Assembly (NCBI GenBank): GCA_964016885.1
Contig: OZ024743.1
Location: forward strand, 168,082,001 to 168,146,000
DNA: 64,000 nucleotides
Reading direction: 5' to 3'
Source: Eledone cirrhosa
Lineage: Eukaryota
Below, piece after piece: positions 38,001 to 52,505 of this stretch. Each line of letters begins with the position of its first letter. Within the stretch, counting starts at the first letter, position 1. Position numbers and translations under genes: made by a program. The notes under the pieces were generated by a model, which did not search any database, was not told the DNA's origin, and saw only the letters and a list, made by a program, of their open reading frames with translations.

Positions 38001-38616
38001 ATTTTGGAATAGATTAGAAAGAACTAGGAATAAGGCTAATAGAATAAACTCATGGTATGATAGCAATAAATACCAGAGTGTAATGTTCATCGATACAACC
38101 CCTAGAGGTGAATTAGCTTACAAATTTAGAAGGGCCCTAGTTAAACATAAACTCAATATTAAGATAGTAGAAAGACCAGGTACCTCCGTAAAAACACTTA
38201 TTAGCAAGACATACCCGTTCCAAAGACCCTCATGTATAGATAAGAAATGTATAACCTGTAAAATAAGCCCCCATATTAACTGTAAAACTAGAAATGTAGT
38301 GTATAGCATAAGATGTACTGAAGGACAATGTAGAGACAAAAATATAGTGTACATAGCTGAGACAGCTCGTAGTGTAGGGGAACGGATAAATGAACACTGG
38401 CGAGACCTTGAAGATAGTAAAGAATCATCTGTACTCTACCAACATGCTAAAATAGAACATAAGGGTAAATTAGAGAACATAGAAATAAAAATAGAATCTA
38501 CACACAGAAAAGACGCAATGTTTAGACAAATCACAGAGGCAATAAACATAAAAGAATTACAACCAAAATTAAATAGAAAATATGAGTGGAACAGCAACAT
38601 CACAACTTACAATTAA
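35048..38616 (+). pseudogene. Penelope-like element ORF: reverse transcriptase and GIY-YIG endonuclease, three frameshifts
   Basis: LYGLRKDHK..RPI, SMDVVSLYPSI, QEEGAAIG, SRCVDD (YVDD mutated), LPVLD; C..KKCITC..VVYSIRC..YIAETAR..R..EH..E..N GIY-YIG. Confidence 0.9.
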
Positions 38617-38817
38617 GGACAAAATGAAAACACACACACACATAGAACAAACAACCAACCGGTAACATGTAAATAAACAAATAAATAAACAAATATAAAC
38701 ACACACAGACACCCGGATGTGGCGCATGCGCAGACTGAGCACACAACACACAAACAGAAACAAAATGGCGTAGGACAGAACAAAGGAGAGGCACAAAAAC
38801 AAAGAAAAGAATCCCCA

Positions 38818-38860
38818 GTCACTGAAGAGGTCACAGAATGTGTGACGAAAGAACTTTGAC
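38818..38860 (+). ncRNA. Minimal hammerhead ribozyme in the Penelope 3' pLTR
   Basis: GTCA-CTGAAGA-G GTCACA GAATG TGTGAC-GAAA-GAAC-TT-TGAC. The element ends at about 39011 in (TA)n. Confidence 0.78.
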
Positions 38861-39006
38861 GATATATAAACAACTATCTGGTTGTGGAATCAACCAACCA
38901 ACCAGAAATTTATAAATTCCTAAATTTATAAATTTATTATAATAAATTGAAGTGAAAGCAACTGGTGCGTGTGTTTCTTATTGGCAACATGACCCTTCCA
39001 AAGTAT

Positions 39007-39063
<57 letters not shown>

Positions 39064-39065
39064 CA

Positions 39066-42000
39066 GATAACTTTCTATTTATTTGCCACCAGGACATCAA
39101 AGATTGGGACAAATAAAAGAGGGGAGTTTACATACATTTCAAGGGACTTGTAAAAACATATAACAAATCAAATTCAACAATCGAAGTCCTCAATATGAAG
39201 GGGGCGTTGTCGTGGGTCACACACACCCCCGAAAAAATGTGCAACCTTTCTCCTCAGGAGCACAAAAAGCGGGTGCTCCCTTCCTCCCCTCCTTCCTCTC
39301 CTCTCTCACTTACAGGCTGATATAGAGAGAAGGCCCATTCACGCGGGCCATTCTCGCCACTTTCACCCACCTTTCATAAAACTTGCTGGGGTAGAGCACC
39401 TCTCTCTCCATACTGATTCTTCTTCTAAAATGGTACTTGAAAAAATGGACCAGTTGTTGGCCGGAGAGAAAGGTGTCCGACCTCAGCCCTTTCAACCTCG
39501 TCCACCATACAGCCTCTTTCGCCATAGCTATCACACAGAGGAAAACCGCCTCTCCTTCGTTTTTGAAATGGGGAGGCGGTTTGATCGTGACAATGTACTC
39601 GGTGGTCAACCGGATTGGTCCCACCCACATAGCCCCACAGGTTAGCAACGCCCGGGCAGTGTACGAATGCGTGTGCGAAGGTTTCCTCGTCACGCACGCA
39701 TCTCGAAATCTTCTTCGAGGGGACCCTATCCGGGAGCCCGTGTCTGTAGAGCTTGTCCCGAACGGGTAGAGCTCCTCGGTAGCACTGCCAAGCCAGGGAC
39801 TTTTGGAAGTTATCCATCGGTCCCGGGTCAAAAGTCCTACCGAATAGACTGGCTAGCTCATCTTCCTCCATGCCCAGAGCGTCTCCGAGAGCGTCGTGGC
39901 ATTTGCTGCGCACCAACCCTCTATAGAATGTTGAGGTTGAGTCTCCACTGATGGCCGGATCCGCTTGCCAGAAGGCCGTGAGCGCCTGGGCACATTCAAT
40001 GTGCTAGTCGCCCACTTTTCTCAGTCTTTGCTTGACCCAGGATTGCAGCTCGGTGAGTGAGACGAGTCTCGGAGAGCCTCGCCTCACAAAAGGGGCCCAC
40101 ACCGGCTGACCGGTGAGGAATACCTGGAGGTGCCGTAGCCTTAATGCGTGTCTACGCATCTTCAGCCACGCCATCCCCAGCCCTCCGTTCGAAGGGTGTT
40201 GACAGCAGATGGATCTTCTCACCAAAGAGGCCCGCTTCTTCCAAAGGAATCGGAAGAACGCGCGCTCCATTTTGGCGAGCGTTTTCGCTGGGCAAGGCAC
40301 GACGGTCAAGCGGTAGTAGATGACGGACGCTATATAGGTGTTCGCCAACTCCGCTCGACCTTTCAGGGATAGTTTGCACTCGGCCCACTTCTGGGCGAGT
40401 GCAAACACCCTGCCCGTTACCTCGTCCCAGTTTTTCTCCACCTGGAGGTCCGGTCCGAACCAGACCCCGAGCAGCTTCACCGGTCCCTCCGTCCAGCGTC
40501 CGACGATGCCGTAGGAGGGCATCGGTTTGCCTCTCCACATTCCGAGTTGCAAACCGACGGACTTGTCCCGGTTCAGCTTGGCTCCTGTAAACATTTGGTA
40601 TTCCTCCAGTAAGGTGCCGATCTGCCCGATTTTCGTGGCGCACGACACCATTACTGTCACGTCATCGGCGTAGGCCGACACCGCTTTCCGCAATCCCGGT
40701 TCCAAGGGGATGCTCTGCAACAGCTCCAACTTCCGCAGTAGTGGCTCGAGAGCCAGCACATACAGAAGGGAGGCGAGAGGGCATCCATGTCGGATGGATC
40801 GCGCGATTTGGATCGGCTCCGAGAGGTAGCCGTTCACCTTGACCCTCGAGCAGGTGTTGCTGCTGTGCATTGCAGCAACCCAGCCCCTGAAAACGGGTCC
40901 AAAGCCTGCCGCCGCGAGCACCGCATCCAGGTATCGACGGTCGACCCTATCGAATGCCTTAGATTGATTCAAGTTGATCAGGACCCCACCAAAGCCGGGT
41001 GCGTTGCCTACCCTCTCTACGATGTATCGTATGAGGTGGAGGTTGTCATGTATGGACCTGGACGGGATTGCGCATGTCTGCGCTTCCCCCACCAAGTACC
41101 CGACGATAAGCGCCAACCTCTTAGCTAACACCTTGGCCAAAATCTTTAACTCTGTGTTTAGCAGAGTTATGGGCCTGAAGTTATCTCTGTCATCCCCCTT
41201 GTTCTCGTCCTTCCTCACCAGCGTAAATACGCCCTTGGTCAAAGAACTGGGAATTCTCCCGTTCTGTTGCCAGTTGCAGTAGACCGCCTCGACGAGTTCG
41301 GAGAACAAATCCGGCATCGCTACATTAAGTTCGTATGGTAGACCATCGAGACCGGTAGATTTGCGTTTGCCGCATAGGCTCGGCGCTTCCCCTATTTCAG
41401 CGGCTGTCATCGGCCTTTCGCAGGACTTCACCTCCCCGCCCGAGAGCCGCGGTGGACCGTCGATGTATGAACCGAAATCCATGGCCTCACCCGGCCCGCC
41501 GCCCCTCCCGAACAGTTGTGCAAAGCGACGTTGAAAGGCCGCGCACATCCGCTCAGGTTCAAGGATCACGCGTCCATCCTGGTCCTTCAAAGACCGAATC
41601 GTGGACTTGTTTCCACTTTTTGCCTCTGTCACTCGGGCCCAGCTAACAGATTTGGCTCCCTCGTTACCCAGAGCACGTATTTTACTCCTGACAACACAGT
41701 CCTCGCGCTTTGCGTCAAAGAACTGGTCTAGGGCCGGCCATGTTGCCGCTCCTAATCGCCTCTTCTACTCTATCTCTCAATTCCCTTTCAGTTCTATTCC
41801 TATCTGATGCTAATTCCTGTCAAAAGCCTATCGATTCTATACTATTTTCTCTCTTGAGAGAGCCCCACCACCTGCTGTTGAAAACTTCCCCCGTCAACCG
41901 CTGCTTTACTAGAGTGATAATCCGCTTACTGTAAGCTTTGTTTGTCGGTAAGGACAAGTTTAGCTTCCAGTAACCGAGTCCTTGTCTATGGGTTCTATCA

Positions 42001-42815
42001 AGGTTGACCACTCCGTTCATCAACTTGTGATCCGAATAGTCAACCATGAACATTCGTGGACAGCTTAATATGTCCCTATCCTTATTTCTAACTAGGAACC
42101 TATCTAGGTACGACTTAGATGTTCCGCTAGGATTAGTCCACGTCCACACCACAGTGGCACAGTCGGAAAACCTAGTGGATATCTATCGGCCAGATCAAAT
42201 CGGCCGATTAACCGTTTGAGGCTGTTACACCCCCCTCTATCGGAACATGCCCCTACATAGTCCCAACATGCATCCAGGATACCATTCCAGTCCCCCACTA
42301 AAAGCAAGGAGCGAGACGTTCCCAGAAAAAGTCTCTAGTCATTGGAAGAAGTCCGGTCGCGGTGTCCCAGATGGGGCATACGCTGCCACCAGCCTGAAGG
42401 CTCCACCTTCACTACTGCCTACGTCTAGAGCTGACAGAGAGATGCATAGATCTCAAAGTCGTCGAAGATGGGGCCCAGTTAGTGCTCGCTGCTGACCCTG
42501 GTCTCGCAAATAGCTATCACATCCATTCTGTGCGACCTGAGGTCATTTAAGAGTTTGCCCTGCTTCCAGGAATCCCCAGGCCGCGCACATTTAAACATCC
42601 AACTCTTATAACAGCCATGTTGGTGGTGAAGAGTTTAGATTGGAGAAAAAGGAAAATACACCTACCTGTCCTTCTCCTGGGGACCAGGCTGCATAATTTC
42701 CATGGGGGTGTCGGCGGGGTTGTTGGTGGGGTGGTGGTTTGGGAAGTGGTGGGGACATCAGTGTGTGGTGGGGTGGGGGTGTTTGGTGAAGGAGGGGTCT
42801 CTGGGGTGGGGGTGA
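39066..42815 (-). mobile_element. Third Tx1-clade family (ORF1 tail and APE-RT ORF2 42618-39310) whose 3' end abuts (TC)n
   Basis: ORF 40004..41632 has NFRPITLLN, NQSKAFDRV, HGCPLA, YADD; APE GDWN, YLDR, SDH. Minus-strand 3' end AATAAATAGAAAGTTATCTG(TC)n. Confidence 0.9.
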
Positions 42816-44366
42816 TGTTACATGTTACAGGTTGGTTGTTTGTTCTATGTGCGTGTGTGTTTTCAATTTGTCCTTAATTGTAAGTTGTGATGTTGCTGTT
42901 CCACTCATGTTTTCTATTTAATTTTGGTTGTAATTCTTTTATGTTTATTACCTCTGTGATTTGTCTAAACATTGCGTCTTTTCTGTGTGTAGATTCTATT
43001 TTTATTTCTATGTTCTCTAATTTACCCTTATGTTCTATTTTAGCATGTTGGTAGAGTACAGATGATTCTTTACTATCTTCAAGGTCTCGCCAGTGTTCAT
43101 TTATACGTTCCCCTCCACTACGAGCTGTCTCATCTATGTACACTATATTTTTGTCTCTACATTGTCCTTCAGTACATCTTATGCTATATACTACATTTCT
43201 AGTTTTACAGTTAATATGGGGGCTTAATTTACAGGTTATACATTTCTTATCTATACAGGGGTCTTTGAAAAGGGTATGTCTTGCTAATAAGTGTTTTTAC
43301 GGAGGTACCTGGTCTTTCTACTATCTTAATATTGAGTTTATGTTTATCTAGGGCCCTTCTAAATTTGTAAGCTAATTCACCTCTAGGGGTTGTATCGATG
43401 AACATTACACTCTGGTATTTATTGCTATCATACTATGAGTTTATTCTATTAGCTTTATACCTAGTTCTTTCTATTCTATTCCAAAATTTGCTCCTATACA
43501 AGGGGAAGGTCCCATTTGTATCATTATTTACCATATTTTCCCATTTGGTTCTGGCTCCTCTATATACTCTGATTTTATCTCTCTGATTGTAACCAGAGAA
43601 CTGCATACGGTGGATGAAGTGTTGTATGTGTCTCTCTAGTTCTTCGGGTTTGCACATCCGGGACACGTTTCTCATCACCCGTACCAAATCCGCAATCAGT
43701 ATGTTGATTTTGGTATGGTCTGAAACAGCTGAGTTTCGGTGGATCAGATATTTGGAAGTCATGGGTTTGGCATAATGGGAATGGAGGATTTGTTTTTTGT
43801 TATTAATGGTATCTAACCAGAGCTCTGTGTCTAGTACAGGTAATCGATGGTTGGGGTGTTTACTTGGGTAGTCTATAGTAACTCTAATACTCTGGTGGAT
43901 GGAGTTAGCTATATGCTGGATGCTTTCCATTGTGTTTTTCTCTAATTCCTGACTGTTCTCTAGTGGGGGTGTTTTAACTACGATGTTTATCTCATCAACG
44001 TAGCGGGAGTACATTATCAGGGTTAAGGTGTCTTCTAATTGTTCTTTAAGTTTAAGTTTAAGTCTACTGTCCCACCATACCATGAATAATTATGCTATAT
44101 CGCCTGCAATGCTAACACCAATGGCTGCTCCTTCCTCTTGGGCATAGATTTTTCCATTAAATTTGAACATATGTTCCTTAAGGGTTAATTTTATGCTGGC
44201 CCCCACCGCATGTGCAATCATTTTCTTTAGTTCATCGTGGTTTTCGGGTGTCCGTATGGCTCTGGTCCACCTGTTCCATCTATCTGTGTGGGTTTTCTTG
44301 GCCTTTGAGGTAATGGTAGGTGGTCTGCATCTTGCTGGTCTTGTAGGGCACAGGTTGCTAAGGTCA
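42816..44366 (-). mobile_element. Second copy of the Penelope-like element (RT C-half and GIY-YIG)
   Basis: Highly similar to the reverse complement of about 37127-38670. YSRYVDE; GIY-YIG ORF 42874..43143. Confidence 0.92.
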
Positions 44367-44768
44367 TAAGACCATAAAACGGGCAGTGACCCTGTCACGG
44401 GACCACCAACACGGCCAGTCTGTGGGGCTAACATTGCTAGTAACTACAGACTGTCCTACTTCCTCTCCCTGATCATACGCCCCATCATTGAAATGTCCCC
44501 AGATGTATGTGACAGCACGGAGGACCTCCTCAGCAGAATCGGCGAGAGTAACCGATCTAGGGACCTAACAATCTGCATAATAGGTTGTATGGATGGTGTG
44601 TCCCTGTATCCATCTATTGGCGTGGATTTTGCTGTGGAGAAATGCGTAGAAATGATCAGTGAGAGCAATGTTGAGTTCCGTGGGATTGATACCAGTGAGC
44701 TGGGACTCCTACTTAAACTTACCTATAGTAATAATTACCTAGACACATATGACCTTAGCACCTGTGCC
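44367..44768 (+). mobile_element. Inverted 5' segment of the second Penelope copy
   Basis: Matches 36748-37149 on the plus strand, with about 20 bp duplicated at the inversion breakpoint. Confidence 0.9.
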
Positions 44769-44977
44769 TGAAATGATCATAGTATAATAAACCTTTCAAG
44801 GATTTACAGCAGTCCAACCTCCTGTTACTTTATAATAATTAACTCGGTATTCGCACCACCAACTACACAAACGAAGACGGGTGAGCTGCATTACGTTGAG
44901 TGCTGTCCATAATATTACATCGAGATTGACCATACGGAATGACCAGTTCTACCCAGTGGTGAACCAACAAACCTAAA
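44769..44977 (+). mobile_element. pLTR-like tail beginning inside a hammerhead (GAAA-TGATCA-TA-GTAT), ending in (TA)n
   Basis: Homologous to the reverse complement of 33695-33903. Confidence 0.75.
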
Positions 44978-44984
44978 TAAATAA

Positions 44985-45528
<544 letters not shown>

Positions 45529-45635
45529 TATATATATATATATATATATATAAACATACATATATGTATACATATATACACACCTCACTCTCACTAAGCG
45601 TTAAACTCCTGCGTTTGTCTGTTTTTGTTTTCCGA

Positions 45636-45672
<37 letters not shown>

Positions 45673-45880
45673 AAAAAGATAACAAGGACGATTGGTTACT
45701 CCTTCATTACATTTATTGGTAGGTGACGTGCGTTTCGCTACTGATCAGCTCAATGTTAGATCTGTATCGATCTTACCCGACTCAATAATCCGCAGCTGGA
45801 CGGACCCCTTAAAATGCTAGTAGAAAATGTTCTACTATGTGTATACATATTTACATATCTATCTATCTATCCATCCATTA

Positions 45881-45923
<43 letters not shown>

Positions 45924-45940
45924 TATATATATATATTATA

Positions 45941-46078
<138 letters not shown>

Positions 46079-46110
46079 TATATATATATATTTATATATA
46101 TATATATAAA

Positions 46111-46911
46111 CTATAAAGTATGTCCATAGAATCATTTGATAATATATATACATCATTTCCTCTCCCAATTAGCATAATTAACCACACAAAAAATCAATTA
46201 GACCAGGCTATGAGATTAAAAGGCACCTATGAAGAAGCAGTAAATAAATAAACGATAGTAGCCTCTTCGCGGGCAACCGCTAAAGAATTTTACCCAACAT
46301 TTCAACAGCACGTGTAAATTAATTAAATATACGGTCAACCATACACAATAAGGTATAAAATGAAAGTAAGAAATGCTTATATACATACCAGGATTATGTC
46401 CCTACCCTTGGGTTTCGTTCTCATTTTGAGATATCCTAGTAAGGACAAATCTCGAGCTTCGAACTCGTCAGGAGACAAACTCGCTAGGACAGATTATTTT
46501 CTGAAGTGGACCCCGCCAAACACGAATTCAAATGGCTAAGAACTGTGACGTGGCAGTGGTCAAGTCAGAAAGAGTGTGATTGGTTGCTTACGGTGAGTGG
46601 GTTAGTTTCTAGAAATCGCAGCCCAATATTGCCCAAATTGCATCTCAACCCTATGGGAGATTATTAAATATAAAGATTTACATGTACACCAATTAAACAA
46701 AATAAAAAATATATGTGTTTTGGCAACCATTCACGATGTGCCTCAATGAAGAATTAATAAATTAAATAATCAGAGCAATATACTATAAAGTATGTCCAAT
46801 ATACTATAAAGTATGTCCATATATACATAATTTCCTCTCCCAATTAGCATAATTAACCACACAAAAAATCAATTAGACCAGGATATGAGATTAAAAGGCA
46901 CCTATGAAGAA
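46111..46911 (-). mobile_element. Partial tandem (about 1.2 x 672 bp) non-coding element between (TA)n tracts
   Basis: The unit start recurs at 46783. Homologous to 47381-48332. Confidence 0.75.
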
Positions 46912-46936
46912 ATATATATATATATATATATATATA

Positions 46937-47361
46937 TAAACGTTTGTATATGTATAATAAAGCCAAAACAATGCAGGTATGGACATAGAATAAAGAATGC
47001 AAATGCAAAAGATATTGTTGACAATTAGTCTTTTACCTTAGATTTATTTAAATGTCCTTAATTTTCGAGATAATATCTCTTCTTCGGAGGGAAGTAAAGC
47101 GGTTAAACCAGTGTTCTAAATAGCTTGGCAAGCTATTTAGAACACTGATTTAACCGCTTTACTTCCCTCCGAAGAAGAGATATTATCTCGAAAATTAAGG
47201 ACATTTAAATAAAAATAAGGTAAAAGACTAATTGTCAACAATATCTTTTGCATTTGCATTCTTTATTCTATGTCCATACCTGCATTGTTTTGGCTTTATT
47301 ATACATATACAAACGTTTATACCTCATTACACAATGCTCCAAGTGAACTATAACCTCATCG
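46937..47361 (+). mobile_element. Fold-back mini-element (about 190-bp arms) with a hammerhead-like motif (CCGAAGA core)
   Basis: Centre AGCTTGGCAAGCT. CCT-CCGAAGA-A GAGAT ATT ATCTC-GAAA-AT-TA-AGG at 47166-47200. Confidence 0.78.
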
Positions 47362-47380
47362 ATATATATATATATATATA

Positions 47381-48332
47381 TATCACAAATCATGTCCCTA
47401 GAATTATTAGATAAAATATATACAATTTCCTCTCCCAATTAGCATAATTAACCATATAAAAAATCAATTAGACCAGGCTATAAGAATAAAGGCTCCCATG
47501 AAGAAATATTTGATAAATAGCTGAAAGCAGCCTCTTCGCGGTTGACCACAATAGAGTATTTACCCAAAATTTCAACAGCATGTAGAAACTGACCAAATAT
47601 ATCGTCAACCATACACAATTAGGTATACATTTAAAGTTAGAAGAAACGTGTACATACCGTAATTATGTTTCTACCATGGTTTCGTCGTATTTTGAGATCT
47701 CCTATTAAGGATAAATCTCGAGTATCGAACTCATCAGGAGACAAACTCAATAGGACAGTTAATTTTCCAAAGCGATCCCGCCAGAAATAGATTTAAAAAA
47801 TGGCTAAGAATCGTGACGTGGCAGCGGTCAAGTTAGAAAGAATGTGATTAGTTGCTTACGGCGAGTAGGCTGGTTGCTAGAAAGCGCAGCCCAATATCGC
47901 CCAAATTGCATCTCAACCGAACGGGAGATTATTAAATATAAAGATTTACATATACATAAAGTCACAGTTATATATGTGGCAACCGTTCACGATGTGGCTC
48001 AATGAAGAATAAATAAATAAAATAATCAGAGCAATATATCATAAATCATGTCCCTAGAATTATTAGATAAAATATATACAATTTCCTCTCCCAATTAGCA
48101 TAATTAACCATATAAAAAATCAATTAGACCAGGCTATAAGAATAAAGGCTCCTATGAAGAAATATTTGATAAATAACCGAAAGCAGCCTCTTCGCGGTTG
48201 ACCACAATAGAGTATTTACCCAACATTTCAACAGCATGTAGAAACTGACCAAATATATTGTCAACCATACACAATTAGGTGTAAATTTAAAGTTAGAAGA
48301 AACGTGTACATACCGTAATTATATCTCTACCG
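47381..48332 (-). mobile_element. Partial tandem (about 1.45 x 656 bp) non-coding element, same family as 46111-46911
   Basis: The unit start recurs at 48037. Confidence 0.75.
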
Positions 48333-48499
48333 ATGGAAAAAGATGAGTATTGACGTCATTACTCATCTTTTTCCATTTCTCCGAGGGTTCTTAACCCCAC
48401 TATCAGGCTAAATAATTTCTTTAATTTCTTTAGTCAAAATACGGCGATAGCTTACATTTGTAATAATTTCAAACCCACTCGCTGTTTCGAAAATATTCT

Positions 48500-48806
<307 letters not shown>

Positions 48807-48835
48807 ATATATATATATATATGTTTCTCTCTCTT

Positions 48836-48960
<125 letters not shown>

Positions 48961-49062
48961 CGGAGGAAATGTGGTAAGGAACCAGGTGGACCATAACGCA
49001 CCAAAGTACTCAATACTTGAGGTAGTAGAGTGGGTAATAGGAACCAGGGGTCTTACTGGTTC

Positions 49063-49184
<122 letters not shown>

Positions 49185-49240
49185 ATATATATTAATATAT
49201 ATATTAATATATATATATATATATTAATATATATATATTA

Positions 49241-49379
<139 letters not shown>

Positions 49380-50284
49380 ATTAAAATCCACCATGCTAAT
49401 AGTTAGTCATAAAAATAATAACGTTCGGAGAAATATAAGCAGTCAAGTAAATAATATGAATGGGTGGAGAAAAAACATGAGAAAAGGTGAGAGAAACAGA
49501 GGGAGACGAGGAGTCAGATAAAGAATTAATAGAGGTTGATTGAAGGAGTGGAAGAAGAGAGTGGGAGAAAGAGAGAAGGGGAGTGAAGAGGAGAAATAAA
49601 CATAGAAAAGAAAGAAGGCAGTGTAGTTACTATATTTGTCAGTTGTTATTGAGGAGAGAGAAAACAGGTTTGATTTAGTGGATTGTGCGACGGCGGTCAA
49701 GCTTGTAGTAAGTAGAAGGAGTTGTAAAACTTGTTTGTAACAGTGCTAAAACAGGTAGTATGAGTGACGACAAGCCGGCTAGGAAAGAAATATTCACCAG
49801 CAAGTAAGTAAGCTAGTTTCCCTGCTTCACTCTTCTCTAAACATGTTTGTGTGGCCATCTCTGAACAAAACCGTTTAGTCATGTTTGTCTTCAAGGTGCT
49901 GAGGGATTCGGGAAATTAGTCCCAACACCAACACCAACACCAACACCAACACCAACACCAACACAAACACCAACAACAATATCAATGCCATTAACAACAT
50001 CGTCCACCGCCACTACTAACGTCAACATCAACACCATAGTAACAACAGACCAACAACACCTATATCCCCACGCTTACACCTCACATCCATCCACAAACAT
50101 CCAGTATCCCACTTAACCCTCACAATTTATCGTTCATTTTTATTGTTCTGTTACTTTTATTTTGCTCTTTTTGTCGTTGTTCGGTTGGTTTGTACTGCTT
50201 ATTTTCTTTCTATATCTTTTTTTCTTTTCACTTTTCTTTTCTTTCCTTATAGACCGTCTAATTTAAAAGGATTGTTTCCATTAT

Positions 50285-50296
<12 letters not shown>

Positions 50297-50366
<70 letters not shown>

Positions 50367-50404
50367 TGTGTGTGTGTGTGTGTGTGTATGTGTGTGTGTG
50401 TGTG
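50297..50404. repeat. (TG)n microsatellite
   Basis: Directly visible. Confidence 0.97.
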
Positions 50405-51040
50405 CGCGCGCGGTTTCCTACTTTTATATTTATTCTTTCCATTTGTTTACTCTTTTATTTTCTTTCATCAGTTGCGTGATTGAGTAATTATTTCGGTCAT
50501 AGTTTGGTTTGTCATATTTATCACTAGAAAAAGAAAAAGAAAAAAGAATTAATCTAGAATCTTGTGGGTTAGACCTGATTGATTTCCTCACACGATCTAA
50601 GATGAGTTTATATTACTATCAATAAGATTTATGGTAGAGTGGAGTAGTACGTAATACTGTCCATATCACCTTTACTTTGCAAAATTTCAATTTATACGCG
50701 GACTTTTTCTTTGTAGTCAGCTGTGTATAGGCAATAAACATAAACAAGTTTATTACATAGAGGCACAGGATAATACTGTATATGCAGGTATTACTACAAT
50801 CATACAGCGGCTGAGATCATATTCTCCCTATTAGGTATATACATAAATAGGCTGAATTATGCTTACATTTTGGTGGAAACCATAAAAACATTCAAAATTA
50901 TACAAATTCATACACACACACATATATAAATGCTTGAAACTATACAATCACAAAGTATACAGTACACATCGATTCACGTGTGCACACATTCATACAAATA
51001 TGCATTCATGCATACAGACACAAGTCAAACACACACACGC

Positions 51041-51090
<50 letters not shown>

Positions 51091-51384
51091 TCATACATAT
51101 ATATACATGTCCCAAAGTGAAAAAATGTTAATGGTAATATATATTATCATATTTACATGTATATATGATAGGACATATTACCAATAATATGTATATACAT
51201 ATCAACAAACATATATTTTTACATATTTTAATTTTTCACTAGTTTCAGTTTTTGGCTGTGGCCATTCTGGAGAACTGACAAATTTACTTACACGTTTTCA
51301 GTCATACATACACACAGATACACATAAACACCCACACCCACATGCACAGGCACTCGTAGATACACATACAATATATCATATCAT

Positions 51385-51483
<99 letters not shown>

Positions 51484-51828
51484 GATGTGCATAAAATGTA
51501 AATGTCTTGGAGAAAATGTGTGAAGAAATTCCCCCAAAATATTCGAAATTTGTTTTCATCAGGTGATACAAATTTAAAGAACATCACCCATTGGTCAGTT
51601 AAAGCTAGAATTCTAACATTAGTCTTTCACCATGGCACAAGGAGAAATTATAAGGACAAATATGAAATATGATGCCAATTTCCAAACTCATAAACTGGTT
51701 TCAACTTTAAGGAATTCAAAGTCTTTGGATTCTTATAGTAACCCGATCACATAATTGACAGGTAAGAGTTAGTTGATTTACCAGGCTGCTATTATACATA
51801 CACATACACACAGACACACACACACACT

Positions 51829-51866
<38 letters not shown>

Positions 51867-51942
51867 CACATACACGCACACATACATATGTATATATATA
51901 TATGTGTGTGTGTAAAGATATATATGTATACATATACATAAA

Positions 51943-51997
<55 letters not shown>

Positions 51998-52060
51998 AGG
52001 TAATTCCGAAGGAAAAGCAAGGGAAAAAAGAGTGCTCTTTGTATAGAACAGAGCTATTTA

Positions 52061-52173
52061 ATTAGAAAGTGAAAAACACAAAATATAATTACTCCAGACG
52101 TATATTAACATTGTCTGCGATCCAGAAACCTTTGGTAATGGAGTAGTTATATTTTGTGTTTTCACTTTCTAAT
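52061..52173. repeat. Short fold-back (about 35-bp arms) ending at a (TA)n tract
   Basis: ATTAGAAAGTGAAAAACACAAAATATAATTACTCCA / TGGAGTAGTTATATTTTGTGTTTTCACTTTCTAAT. Confidence 0.8.
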
Positions 52174-52219
52174 ATATATATATGTATATATATATATCAT
52201 ATATATATATATATATATT

Positions 52220-52439
52220 TAGGAACGATCGACTTTTCGTCAAATCGGACCGAGGAAACAATGTTTCCATTGGTCTTTCCAATTTCTAATACTATCTATC
52301 GGTCGCAACTCCAGGTAGAAGGAACAACGTGAAATAAAATGTCTTACTCACGGAAATAACGCATCGCCCGGTCTGGGAATCGAACTCACAACCTCACGAC
52401 TGCGAATCGAATTCTCTAACCACTCAGCCTGACGCCTTC
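52220..52439 (-). mobile_element. Second tRNA-derived SINE family
   Basis: Minus strand GGCTGAGTGGTTAGAG (A box) ... GAGTTCGATTCCC (B box), followed by a non-tRNA body. Confidence 0.75.
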
Positions 52440-52455
52440 GCATATATATATATGT

Positions 52456-52505
<50 letters not shown>

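Noticed and set aside
45715-45760. Hammerhead on the minus strand (GCT..AGC-GAAA-CGCACG-TC)
   Set aside because: Only the 3' half is recognisable; no CTGANGA core or helix I.
52350-52439. Functional tRNA gene
   Set aside because: A and B boxes are present but there is no intact acceptor stem, and a SINE body follows. The same applies at 26752 and 56607.
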